DNA of 30,619 nt, taken from the IMG/VR virus record IMGVR_UViG_3300006118_000028, positions 1-30,619 of that record; one strand, written 5' to 3'. The DNA is from a virus (Duplodnaviria; Caudoviricetes). Within the stretch, counting starts at the first letter, position 1; the number at the start of each line of letters is the position of its first letter. Positions 7,776 through 16,093 of this stretch are shown piece after piece. The notes below the pieces were generated by a model. It was not told the origin of the DNA and searched no databases. It worked only from the letters and a program-made list of their open reading frames with translations. The translations under genes were made by a program, and so were the position numbers.

Positions 7776-10021
7776 TAATTGCTCCTATCTGCGGAGAACG
7801 CACGATCTACGTCTTCCTTGGTCGTAGCCTTGGACAGTACCAACCACACGTAGTCGGAAACTTCTTCAGGCAGGTCTTCATCTTCGAATCGTCGAATCTT
7901 GCGTCCCTTGGCTACTTGGTTTTTGGCGTGCCTGCGCCACTGCTTCAAAATCTCGGACGTGCGCTGTAGGTCAAGTTCTGGCCCGTACAGGCTGACCAGG
8001 TGGTCAATGTTCTTGGATACCTTTTCATCTTCCTTTAAGATACCGTCGACCCACGACTTTGCTGGGTCACCGCCCCATGCTGCCCATGCGACTCGACCGG
8101 GAGAGGGGTAACCTTCTTCTCCAGGCGAGAACCCCTTACCCTTCTTGTCTACTTCATGACGTGCTAGGTAGTTGGCGATTCGGCCAATGGTTTCGCGACT
8201 AACTGTCGCTCCTCTAGCAAGGTCAGACGCACGCTTACGGCCGACAGAGGTGAAATTATCGCCGTGTTCTTTCTGCGAGATCCATTCTAGCGCGCGCTTT
8301 GCTTCTTCTTGCACAGCCTTGGGCGGCGTGTACGTTTCGCTCTTAGCAAATGCAGTGTCGTCGCTGTTGTCCTCGATTGTAGGCTCGGGGTTGGTGGTGT
8401 TAATTTCTGCCCCAGCGGTGTCTGAAACCAAATTGGTCTGCTCCACCAGTTTCGACGCTGGGTCTGGTCCCGGTGTACCCGGCATGACGTACTCGATAGA
8501 TTCCACCGTACCGGGCATGGGTGCACCGGTAGCGGCGTCCACATCTCCAGAAACTCCCACAGCCCACCGGAGGGGGATGAAGCCAAGGCGCTGACTGATG
8601 ATCCCACGTGGCGTCATCTCTGCCGGGTTTACCTCGTAACCAAGAATGTCACGTCGTACTTCGTCAGGAGACTCGGCACCCATCGCAACGTAAAGTTGGT
8701 GAGCCTGTGCTTCCATCAAGCGGTCTTCTTTTTCACGTCCAGAGTCGAACGACACCTTGACACGCAATCCCAAGTCCTCTTGAGTGACACGGTTCATGAT
8801 GTGCTGCAGTGTAATCGTCTTTGGCGCAGTTGAAATACGGAACTGCACGTCCATCTGCGTGTCACCGGTAGAACGGTTTACGTCTTCGGTGAATCCAAGG
8901 TCGTTAGGAACCAAACCATACGCTGCGATCGTACGACGAAGCAGGTACTGTGGGAACTCACGATCAAAGTGAGTGTCCTTAGATTGCTGGTATCGCGATC
9001 CTGCCGGTATCCAACGAATCTTGTGCTTCTGCCCTTGGTCGCCTGCTAACCATGCTTCCCAAGTCTCTTGCCATTCAGCTACCTGATCAACGGACGACTG
9101 GTCAGGCGGTGCCTCCATGAAACCGTCAGGAACTGTCCCTTCGGTGAAATACTGGAGAAAGAACCACTGAAACCGCATATCGATGTTCGCATTGAGCATC
9201 ACCATTTCGATAGGCGACACACCATAAACATCTTCTGGAATCGGATTGAACCGAGTGTATACGATATCGTCCCTTGTTAACCAGTCCCACGGCAGCCCCT
9301 GTACAAATTGAAGGTAGGCCGGCGCACCGTTTGAAGGACGACGTCCGAAAAAGTCAATAAGTGGAGCGATGGTTGTGGTATCAACCACGTCTAGTGCAAT
9401 AACTTTACCGTTAAGATCGCGTCGCTTGTACAGGCAACCACCATCGTAACGAAGAATGTCCTGCAACCAAAGACCAAGCCACTCTGGCCAATCGTGGTCA
9501 CCGTCAGGAGAAGCCCAGAACTTTTTAGCCAACTTAATTTCTTCGCTTACGTCGTCCGACATACCCTCGATAGGGTTGAACTGTAGCGGCATGGAGCGCA
9601 AGTCGTCGATGATGTGACGAATACAAATCTGCGCAACGTCGTACTTCTCGATTAAGTTGCGTAACGTCTCGAAGTTAGTGCGATACTGGCGAGGACGAGT
9701 CGAAATGTTTCGACCGACTGAGTAGTTGAACGTACGTGGGCGACCGCCGTAAGCGTAAAACGGGTTAAGAGGGCGACCTGGCGTGAATGGAACTACCGAT
9801 TCCATTCCCTCGTTAATCAACGCTTGCTCGATAGCGTCCGGTGTCATCTTTACCGTCTCAGCTAACTGATTAGCAGCGTTGCGCATCATCTCTGCAGTGT
9901 CGATGGTCTGAACGCTACCCGGCTGTGCACCGGTTGGAAGTCCGCCTCGAATAGCCTTAGCAACTAGCGAAATCTGCTCTTGGTCAGACAGAGGGCGACG
10001 TCGACGGTTAAAAATCGCCAT
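7775..10021 (-). CDS. Portal protein with C-terminal extension
   Basis: YGVSPIE...YFTEGTVPDG...IAAYGLVPNDLGF...PDEVR portal motifs; immediately after TerL. Confidence 0.9.
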   Translation of the reverse strand: MAIFNRRRRPLSDQEQISLVAKAIRGGLPTGAQPGSVQTIDTAEMMRNAANQLAETVKMTPDAIEQALINEGMESVVPFTPGRPLNPFYAYGGRPRTFNYSVGRNISTRPRQYRTNFETLRNLIEKYDVAQICIRHIIDDLRSMPLQFNPIEGMSDDVSEEIKLAKKFWASPDGDHDWPEWLGLWLQDILRYDGGCLYKRRDLNGKVIALDVVDTTTIAPLIDFFGRRPSNGAPAYLQFVQGLPWDWLTRDDIVYTRFNPIPEDVYGVSPIEMVMLNANIDMRFQWFFLQYFTEGTVPDGFMEAPPDQSSVDQVAEWQETWEAWLAGDQGQKHKIRWIPAGSRYQQSKDTHFDREFPQYLLRRTIAAYGLVPNDLGFTEDVNRSTGDTQMDVQFRISTAPKTITLQHIMNRVTQEDLGLRVKVSFDSGREKEDRLMEAQAHQLYVAMGAESPDEVRRDILGYEVNPAEMTPRGIISQRLGFIPLRWAVGVSGDVDAATGAPMPGTVESIEYVMPGTPGPDPASKLVEQTNLVSDTAGAEINTTNPEPTIEDNSDDTAFAKSETYTPPKAVQEEAKRALEWISQKEHGDNFTSVGRKRASDLARGATVSRETIGRIANYLARHEVDKKGKGFSPGEEGYPSPGRVAWAAWGGDPAKSWVDGILKEDEKVSKNIDHLVSLYGPELDLQRTSEILKQWRRHAKNQVAKGRKIRRFEDEDLPEEVSDYVWLVLSKATTKEDVDRAFSADRSN

Positions 10022-11622
10022 TATCCCTCCATCTCCTCAGGCGAAATTCCACAATAGACGCATTTTCTGGTCGTCTCTCCGATAAGAGCGAGTCCGAAAA
10101 AGTGTTTCTTGCAATCAATCGCAACCGTTTTTTTGCTTTCTGTATCATCAGGTGAAACGTCGTCAATCGCTATGAAGTCTTGAACTGTAGGGCTAGGTGA
10201 TTGACCACTTGATTGTTTCCAGTACTCTAAGAACCCCGACCCTTGCCCACCATCTGCCAACGTCAACGCAATAGCGTCCGCTTCATCCGGTGAATGAACT
10301 CCACGGTTCTGCATGTGATCTTTGGATTCGAGTACTGTTTTACCTTTCATGTTGACCGAAGACATTCGGTCTGTCAACTGCTGGTACAAGATCGGGCTTT
10401 TCGGAATGTCGATATCACCGTCTTGCATTAACTTACGAAGGCGTGCCCACCAAACCCCGGCGTTCGTTGTGTACCAGCGATTGCCAGCGCCGCCGAACGT
10501 AACTCCGTTAATGGATATTCTGACAGCCCCTCTTGGCCTATCTTTTGCGACCATGCGCAAAAGGTCAGTCACTCCGCCACCCACACCGTCGTCGTCAATA
10601 ATAATGCGTACGGATTCGTCACTACTGATAGTAAACTGATCAACCGCGTCTAAAACTTTTTGCGTGAGTTCTGGATTACCCAACTTAGCGTAAGATAGAA
10701 GAGGATAGACGTGGCGACCGCGACGAGCAGCAATTACCGATTTGTCTTTCCCGTATCGGGCGACATCCACGCCCAAGATGAGCGTTCCATCAGCCGAGAA
10801 ATCAGCGATTTGGGCGCTGTCGACGAGTTCTGGCGATATGAAACCTCGGGAGTCACCTCTCGGAGGTAAGCCCAAAACGCGTACCCGGTACTCATCAGAA
10901 TCGACTCCCCAATCTGCCGCAACCTCTTGTGCCCAAGTTTCGGAAACTCGCTTGGACTCTTTCGACGAGATGGTGGCAACGTGCCATTTCTCGTTGTCTT
11001 CTGTAAACCGTTTTGCAAAAAAACCAGTAGGGCGAGTCGGATTTCCCGTCATCACCAACTGTGCACCTTCGGTGGTCAAGGCTCCGGTTACGACCGTCAT
11101 GTTACGATCCGCTACACCGGACGCCTCGTCCACCACGAATAACAAGTTGTCGGAGTGGAACCCGGCAAGGTTCTCCGGCTTGTTATCCGGTCCCGCGGCG
11201 CGCATCACTGCGAAAGAAGTGCGTTCGCGTCCGCGGTAATAAACCCTGCGTGCTTTCCACAGGATTCGTTCATCAAGACCCATCTTTGAGCGCGTGAGCC
11301 AGATGTTCATTTCTGGCCACAGGTGGTCTTCCAACTGATGTTCAGTAGGAGCGGCGCAAGGTACTTTAGCGTAGCCTTTGACGTCTAACCACCATAAAAC
11401 CACCCACGCTAAGAACGTCGTTTTGCCGACACCGTGACCGGACCGAATTGCAATATGACGTCCCAATGCGAGTGATTGAAGTGCTTCACCTTGCCAAGGA
11501 TCGGGAGTAGCTCCGAATTGTGATTCTACCCAAGCAATGGGGTCTGATTCCCATTGGCCTTGAGTTGCTTCGGCGTCTAAGAGACTCGCTGCGATCTTAA
11601 ATGGACTAGGACCGGGCGACAC
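10021..11622 (-). CDS. terL: Terminase large subunit
   Basis: PDPWQ, Walker A SGHGVGKT, Walker B VVDEASG, TGNP coupling motif, nuclease GVDVAR and SPDEADA. Confidence 0.95.
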   Translation of the reverse strand: MSPGPSPFKIAASLLDAEATQGQWESDPIAWVESQFGATPDPWQGEALQSLALGRHIAIRSGHGVGKTTFLAWVVLWWLDVKGYAKVPCAAPTEHQLEDHLWPEMNIWLTRSKMGLDERILWKARRVYYRGRERTSFAVMRAAGPDNKPENLAGFHSDNLLFVVDEASGVADRNMTVVTGALTTEGAQLVMTGNPTRPTGFFAKRFTEDNEKWHVATISSKESKRVSETWAQEVAADWGVDSDEYRVRVLGLPPRGDSRGFISPELVDSAQIADFSADGTLILGVDVARYGKDKSVIAARRGRHVYPLLSYAKLGNPELTQKVLDAVDQFTISSDESVRIIIDDDGVGGGVTDLLRMVAKDRPRGAVRISINGVTFGGAGNRWYTTNAGVWWARLRKLMQDGDIDIPKSPILYQQLTDRMSSVNMKGKTVLESKDHMQNRGVHSPDEADAIALTLADGGQGSGFLEYWKQSSGQSPSPTVQDFIAIDDVSPDDTESKKTVAIDCKKHFFGLALIGETTRKCVYCGISPEEMEG

Positions 11623-11641
11623 TCTTAAATCCTACCTAAGT

Positions 11642-11671
11642 AGTCTACCACACCGGGTACGCGCCTGTCAA
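11642..11671 (-). promoter_or_regulatory. Sigma-A-like promoter for terL operon
   Basis: TTGACA-18 bp-TAGACT with extended -10 TG. Confidence 0.75.
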
Positions 11672-11688
11672 GAATGGGTATAACCATT

Positions 11689-12261
11689 CTATTTTTCTTC
11701 TAACCTAGATGCCCTGATAGCCAGCGCCATGCGGTGTTCACGCTCAAAACTGAGGTGGTCCGTGTTGCCAGGAACCTTTTTCCAGCGCATCCACGCTTGG
11801 TGGCAACGAGGGCAACGACGACTTTTGAGTCGGTCGTTCGCAGTTCCCCTACACCACTTCTCGCAGACGACGCACTCACCCTGTCCCGGCGTTAAATGCG
11901 CGCCAGTTTCGTCGCTGTTTTGTACGTGGCGAATAAGAGCGATTGCGTTTACGATGGTGGCGGCGTTCTTATTAGCTGTACGCAGCGCGTTCACGATTTG
12001 CTTGAACGCTTTGCCCTGCGGATCGCCTTTGTCCTCATCGTAGCCTGACACATTTGCTATTGCTTGAGAATAGGTGGGGTCGGCGTGGCCACCCTTCCCG
12101 GAACCGGGTGCCCCCATGGAGGAAGTCGAAAATCCGTCCGGCTTGGACGTGAACCGCATACGCCGATCGAGTTCTGCAATTTCTTCGTCTGTCAATGTTG
12201 ACAGCAAAGCTATTGTGTCGTCTCGGAGTTTGGTGAGTTCCTTTATTCGAGCTTGCCCCAT
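11689..12261 (-). CDS. Hypothetical protein with C-terminal CxxC...CxxC zinc ribbon (possible regulator)
   Basis: CVVC...CPRC; ATG lies 7 nt after a -10 box (leaderless). Confidence 0.75.
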   Translation of the reverse strand: MGQARIKELTKLRDDTIALLSTLTDEEIAELDRRMRFTSKPDGFSTSSMGAPGSGKGGHADPTYSQAIANVSGYDEDKGDPQGKAFKQIVNALRTANKNAATIVNAIALIRHVQNSDETGAHLTPGQGECVVCEKWCRGTANDRLKSRRCPRCHQAWMRWKKVPGNTDHLSFEREHRMALAIRASRLEEK

Positions 12262-12268
12262 GGGGACC

Positions 12269-12298
12269 AGTATAGCATACCCCGGTTCAAGTACGCAA
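12269..12298 (-). promoter_or_regulatory. Promoter, leaderless start
   Basis: TTGCGT-18 bp-TATACT, extended -10 TG, 7 nt to ATG 12261. Confidence 0.65.
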
Positions 12299-12308
12299 GT
12301 ACCCCAAG

Positions 12309-12467
12309 TTACACGTCAAGACAATCGACTGGATTGTGGTGACCTGTACCTTCACAGAAGAAACACGGCTCAATCAGCATGTAGCGTGTACGTACGACAG
12401 GAACTTCAAGAACAGCGCTGCCTTTGCATATTGGGCATTTCGGGATTGTGGTTTGCGGTTGGGTCAC
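12309..12467 (-). CDS. Small DnaJ-type zinc-finger protein (52 aa)
   Basis: GTGA overlap start at 12467; CPICKGS...CFFCEGTG. Confidence 0.65.
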   Translation of the reverse strand: MTQPQTTIPKCPICKGSAVLEVPVVRTRYMLIEPCFFCEGTGHHNPVDCLDV

Positions 12468-12832
12468 GCCACCTGCTCCCTCAGTTGAATGGCGGTGAAG
12501 CCGATGTGGTTCAGGTCCAGGTTGATGATCCATGCCTGCATTTGCATACCAGCGTAGCAGGTGACGACAAAACCGTCGATGACACCGTAACTGTTGTCTT
12601 TGCGCACTTCGGCTGTCGCCTCGGCAAAACGCTCAGCGCTGCACGACTTCGGTGGAAAGTTGTGCTCCACACCGTCGATAATGACGCCATGCAGACGCAA
12701 CTTGGTCGGGTCCTTGATTTCAGCTCGCGTGATAAACGACTTCACCAAGTTGTTGTAGTCTTTGAGTTCGAGACGGTCCGCCTCTTTCATGACCTGGTAT
12801 GAGCAGGGAACGTGGTATTTTGACCTTGGCAT
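12464..12832 (-). CDS. Hypothetical protein
   Basis: RBS AGGAGG; own promoter upstream. Confidence 0.75.
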   Translation of the reverse strand: MPRSKYHVPCSYQVMKEADRLELKDYNNLVKSFITRAEIKDPTKLRLHGVIIDGVEHNFPPKSCSAERFAEATAEVRKDNSYGVIDGFVVTCYAGMQMQAWIINLDLNHIGFTAIQLREQVA

Positions 12833-12864
12833 ATTAGCCTCCTAGTTGTCGGTGTTGCTACTAT

Positions 12865-12894
12865 AGTCTAGCACACGATTTGCCACGCTGGCAA
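12865..12894 (-). promoter_or_regulatory. Promoter
   Basis: TTGCCA-18 bp (contains GGCAAAT)-TAGACT. Confidence 0.7.
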
Positions 12895-12897
12895 GCG

Positions 12898-13077
12898 CTA
12901 CTTCTTTGCAGCCCACATGTTTCGAATCGTCATAGGAGCGCCGTGGAAAGCGAGGTACGCTAACCAGGTCAACATGTCCTTAGGCTCGATAGGAGCGCCA
13001 AGGATAGCAATAGAGTGGTCGATAATGAAGCAACGGTCGGCTTCGTCTTGCGTGCGGTAAGGAGTGAAGTCAGTCAT
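12898..13077 (-). CDS. 59-aa protein in frame with upstream lysin (possible detached cell-wall-binding subunit)
   Basis: RBS AAAGGA; MTDFTPYRTQDEADRCFIIDHSIAILGAPIEPKDMLTWLAYLAFHGAPMTIRNMWAAKK. Confidence 0.55.
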   Translation of the reverse strand: MTDFTPYRTQDEADRCFIIDHSIAILGAPIEPKDMLTWLAYLAFHGAPMTIRNMWAAKK

Positions 13078-13089
13078 TTTTTCCTTTGA

Positions 13090-13725
13090 TTAGCTGTTGA
13101 GAAGTAGAATGTTGTTATGATATGGGGGCGTTTGGGGGGGTTTGGGGGGGCTAGGTCGCGGCATTTGACCAACGTCGGGCTTGCACATGATGTTTAAGTC
13201 TGTGTCCGGTACCGGCGACGCGTCGAACTTCTGCTGCAGGTGCGTGATAGGCAACGTGGTGGAATTGCCGGGGAAGGAGGTAGACTCTGATTGCCAGAAC
13301 CACCGGCACAGGCCGAGACTAGAGAGAGTTTCACAGAGAGCGCCCTCGCCATACACCCCAAGTGTTGAAGGCCCGAAAGCCGTAGACAGGCCCTGGAAGT
13401 AAGGCACCGCGTCTTGTGGGTTGACTGAGGTGTCAACAGCGAAGTACACAGGTGGCGTAAACGCTGGGTCCATGCCTAAATTGTAGAGTGCGCCTTGTGC
13501 GTCTAAGGCGTTAGCGTGCCCTGCATTATAACCGCCTGCAGCGTCGTCGGCGGTATTTTCGTACACGAACACGACTGAAATACCGGCGTCGAGATAAGAG
13601 TGCAGTTCGGCGGCGTCGATAGCCTTGCCTTGTCCAGTCAGGTACCGAATAACGGTGGATACACCTGCGGCCTTAATCGAGTCGATCGAGGGGCGGGCAA
13701 ATGAAAAATCTAATGCGATAGCCAT
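13090..13725 (-). CDS. Endolysin, DUF1906/Rv2525c-like (GH25-like) peptidoglycan hydrolase
   Basis: LDFS...VIRYL...VFVYE...PVYFAVD...GVYG...WFWQ...DLN motifs and Pro-rich linker. Start revised to ATG 13725, 6 nt after a -10 box. Confidence 0.85.
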   Translation of the reverse strand: MAIALDFSFARPSIDSIKAAGVSTVIRYLTGQGKAIDAAELHSYLDAGISVVFVYENTADDAAGGYNAGHANALDAQGALYNLGMDPAFTPPVYFAVDTSVNPQDAVPYFQGLSTAFGPSTLGVYGEGALCETLSSLGLCRWFWQSESTSFPGNSTTLPITHLQQKFDASPVPDTDLNIMCKPDVGQMPRPSPPKPPQTPPYHNNILLLNS

Positions 13726-13731
13726 GGTTAT

Positions 13732-13761
13732 AGTGTAGCACACAAGTTGCCCTCCTGTCAA
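13732..13761 (-). promoter_or_regulatory. Promoter, leaderless start of lysin
   Basis: TTGACA-18 bp-TACACT with extended -10 TG. Confidence 0.75.
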
Positions 13762-13964
13762 CGATAGTATTTCAATGGGAGGGGGGTATTTTACGTTTAC
13801 GCGAATTTAAATAGAGTATATATATTCCCCCCCAGGGGGTTGTCGCGTAGTCAAATCCCCTTGGGTTGGGTTGGGTTCGTCGCGTCAGAGGATCAGGTGT
13901 TCAGGGAAGGGCGCAGAGGGGGAGCGACCACGATGTGGCGCTCCCATCAGATTAGGAGGTTATT

Positions 13965-14120
13965 ATGGATGCGGTTACTAGGTGTTGCACTGTTCGGCCT
14001 GCGCCGGACGGACGTATGCGGATCGATCAGATGCCCGCGCTCCGAGCGTACTTCGGACCTGATATGTTCAAAGAGCCAGAGGCGTTCGCGCGCTGGATTA
14101 GCGAGAGAGGAGGTGAGTAA
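13965..14120 (+). CDS. Small hypothetical protein (51 aa)
   Basis: RBS AGGAGG; MDAVTRCCTVRPAPDG...ERGGE; TAATG-coupled to the next gene. Confidence 0.6.
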   Translation: MDAVTRCCTVRPAPDGRMRIDQMPALRAYFGPDMFKEPEAFARWISERGGE

Positions 14121-14227
14121 TGACTGATCCTAACATGGATATCAGCAACATCCTGTCATGGGGTGTTGTTATCGGTGTTGCCGTACTTGCGGTATTCATC
14201 CGCGACTGGTGGCGTAACCGCCGCTAG
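14120..14227 (+). CDS. 35-aa single-pass membrane protein
   Basis: RBS GGAGGTGA; MTDPNMDISNILSWGVVIGVAVLAVFIRDWWRNRR. Confidence 0.65.
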   Translation: MTDPNMDISNILSWGVVIGVAVLAVFIRDWWRNRR

Positions 14228-14306
14228 TTCCCACCGTGAGGTGGCACGCAGTACATGGTGAACGTAGGGGTCACTATCAGTTCTAGCCCTCGAAAGGAGG
14301 TGAAAT

Positions 14307-14495
14307 ATGAATCGCGAATACATTATCAGTGTGGACGTTGTTATGGCCCTTATCGGGGCTGTGGCTGGCACCGACGATGTGCGTATTGCTGGTTTTGGCC
14401 AGCTTATGCACCTTGAGGTTAATGGCGAGCGCGTTGGGGAGTTTTTTTACATTCGCCCCAACGACGGAGCGCCTATGCCCGTCTACACGCACTAA
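14307..14495 (+). CDS. Hypothetical protein
   Basis: Perfect RBS AAAGGAGGTG. Confidence 0.75.
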   Translation: MNREYIISVDVVMALIGAVAGTDDVRIAGFGQLMHLEVNGERVGEFFYIRPNDGAPMPVYTH

Positions 14496-14542
14496 GGGGT
14501 GACGCCCTTAGTTAGTTGCGGACCCGAAGCCGCGATCACCTC

Positions 14543-14575
14543 ACCTAGGGCGGTTTCGCCACCTTCCTAGGTACT
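14543..14575 (+). ncRNA. Minihelix-like structured element, copy 1
   Basis: ACCTAGG-GCGGT-TTCGCC-ACCTT-CCTAGGT-ACT. Confidence 0.45.
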
Positions 14576-14669
14576 GGGCGTGTTGGCGCGCCCGACGATC
14601 TGGACACCCAACGGGGTCCAGGCCATGACCGGCAAATGTTCGGCCATGGAGTCATAAAAAGGAGCCAAA

Positions 14670-15080
14670 ATGGCTGCTAACACCAACAACAGCAAGGGTG
14701 TCGCCTCGGTCAAGGAGGTCGCTCCGGCGAACCTGTGGCCCGAGGTTGTCCGCGCTAAGGGTGACTCTGTCAACTCTTGCCTGTGCATCACCCGTCGCCC
14801 TGACCTCGACGAGGGTCAGATCTGGGCCTTCCAGATCGGCTGCTCTGACGGCAGGACGACCAAGATGACGTTCAGTCAGGGGCACGACGCGAGGCTCAAG
14901 GGCATCTTCCAGGAGATGTTCTGGACCAACCGTGACATGGTTGTCTACAACGCGGACGGTTCGACCAAGGCCTACGGGTCTGGCATGGACTTCGCTGCGA
15001 CGCGCCAGTGGGAGCACTTCCTCACTGACAGCGCCACGGCCAAGAAGCGCCTCGCCAAGTTGAACGGCACCAAGAGCTGA
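14670..15080 (+). CDS. CxC...C...GHDA putative zinc-binding protein, paralog 1
   Basis: CLC...GC...TKMTFSQGHDAR...WEHFL; RBS AAAGGAG. Confidence 0.85.
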   Translation: MAANTNNSKGVASVKEVAPANLWPEVVRAKGDSVNSCLCITRRPDLDEGQIWAFQIGCSDGRTTKMTFSQGHDARLKGIFQEMFWTNRDMVVYNADGSTKAYGSGMDFAATRQWEHFLTDSATAKKRLAKLNGTKS

Positions 15081-15158
15081 ACCCGTTAGTCGGGGGAGGG
15101 TTTCCTCCCCCGGCCTCCGGGCCGGTGTCCACTCATCTAGCAAAGAAAGGAGGACACC

Positions 15159-15305
15159 ATGAGCAAGCGCAAGCAAGCCACTTACGGCAACGCTGGTTCA
15201 GTCAAGGGCGACGACCTTTGGCACGAACTGGTTCGTCAGGCTGAGGAAGCGGCGGCGATCGAGATGATCGAGCGTGCCTTCCCCGGCGTCATTGAGGTCA
15301 ACTGA
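15159..15305 (+). CDS. Small hypothetical protein (48 aa)
   Basis: RBS AAAGGAGG; MSKRKQATYGNAGSVKGDDLWHEL...IEVN. Confidence 0.7.
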   Translation: MSKRKQATYGNAGSVKGDDLWHELVRQAEEAAAIEMIERAFPGVIEVN

Positions 15306-15310
15306 CCTCG

Positions 15311-15344
15311 GCCTCGGCTAGGCTCGACACCTAGTCGGGGCGCT
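15311..15344 (+). ncRNA. Minihelix-like structured element, copy 2
   Basis: GCCTCGG-CTAGG-CTCGACA-CCTAG-TCGGGGC-GCT (12-bp stem, 7-nt loop). Confidence 0.55.
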
Positions 15345-15385
15345 ACTACCGAACGCGTCGGTAGTAATAACAAGGAGGAACCCAA

Positions 15386-15739
15386 ATGGGTGACTACACG
15401 TTGGAAGAGGACCCCGACTTCATAGCGAACAATAAAGCAATCGCTTCGCTTGGTATCGACGGGTTCCCTTACACTACCAACTTGGTGATGGATGCTGTGA
15501 TCATCGCTTGGCGGATCGACATTCTGTCGTTCTGGAAGCAGTTTGAGTTGGTCAACGTGCACCTGGAGCGCTTGGAGTGGATCGTCGATCAACTTCAAGA
15601 CGAGGTGCACCCACATCAGGGGTGGGCGAACTTGAACACGGTCACTGGCCGAGCTTACGCTCGCGAGTACCACATCGCGTTGATGTGCCTCGTTAGTGCG
15701 CGTGAGTCAAGTTTCACCCCACCAACTGAGCAATGCTAG
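15386..15739 (+). CDS. Hypothetical protein
   Basis: RBS AAGGAGG. Confidence 0.8.
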   Translation: MGDYTLEEDPDFIANNKAIASLGIDGFPYTTNLVMDAVIIAWRIDILSFWKQFELVNVHLERLEWIVDQLQDEVHPHQGWANLNTVTGRAYAREYHIALMCLVSARESSFTPPTEQC

Positions 15740-15753
15740 GTCAGCAATGACCG

Positions 15754-15787
15754 GCCTGGGTTGGGTTCGCCACCCTTCCCAGGCGCT
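15754..15787 (+). ncRNA. Minihelix-like structured element, copy 3
   Basis: GCCTGGG-TTGGG-TTCGCCA-CCCTT-CCCAGGC-GCT. Confidence 0.55.
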
Positions 15788-15817
15788 CCCGAAAGGGAAG
15801 AAAGGATGGTTAGCCAA

Positions 15818-16045
15818 ATGAGCACCATCAATAGAGAGGCGGACGTCATGAACTGGGTAAATGCCCAGATCGAGGCGGACCGCGCACTTGCCGAAGCAAA
15901 GCGGACAGCCCGTACGGGTCCCGCAGTTAAGGCAAGGGACGCGTGGCGTAAAGCGGCGGAGGCGCAAGACCGAGTTGGTCGGTTCGTCGGTCGTGACTAT
16001 GCCATTCGTCAGGCCCAAGGTTGGGCCGCTCGCTGCGAGGACTGA
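15818..16045 (+). CDS. Hypothetical helical protein (75 aa)
   Basis: Start revised to ATG 15818 after AAAGGATGGT. Confidence 0.7.
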   Translation: MSTINREADVMNWVNAQIEADRALAEAKRTARTGPAVKARDAWRKAAEAQDRVGRFVGRDYAIRQAQGWAARCED

Positions 16046-16060
16046 CCGCCCAAGTGGTCG

Positions 16061-16093
16061 GCTCAGGTCGGGTTCGTCCCCGGCCTGGGCGCT
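16061..16093 (+). ncRNA. Minihelix-like structured element, copy 4
   Basis: GCTCAGG-TCGGG-TTCGTC-CCCGG-CCTGGGC-GCT. Confidence 0.5.

Noticed and set aside
107-12802. Plus-strand ORFs over the structural genes (e.g. 107-535, 10742-11239, 12074-12802)
   Set aside because: Antisense shadows of well-supported minus-strand genes, without RBSs or recognisable motifs.
13124-13150. G-quadruplex or slippage tract (G5, G7, G7)
   Set aside because: Explained by Pro codons of the lysin linker; the downstream ORF is already in frame, so slippage would not fuse them.
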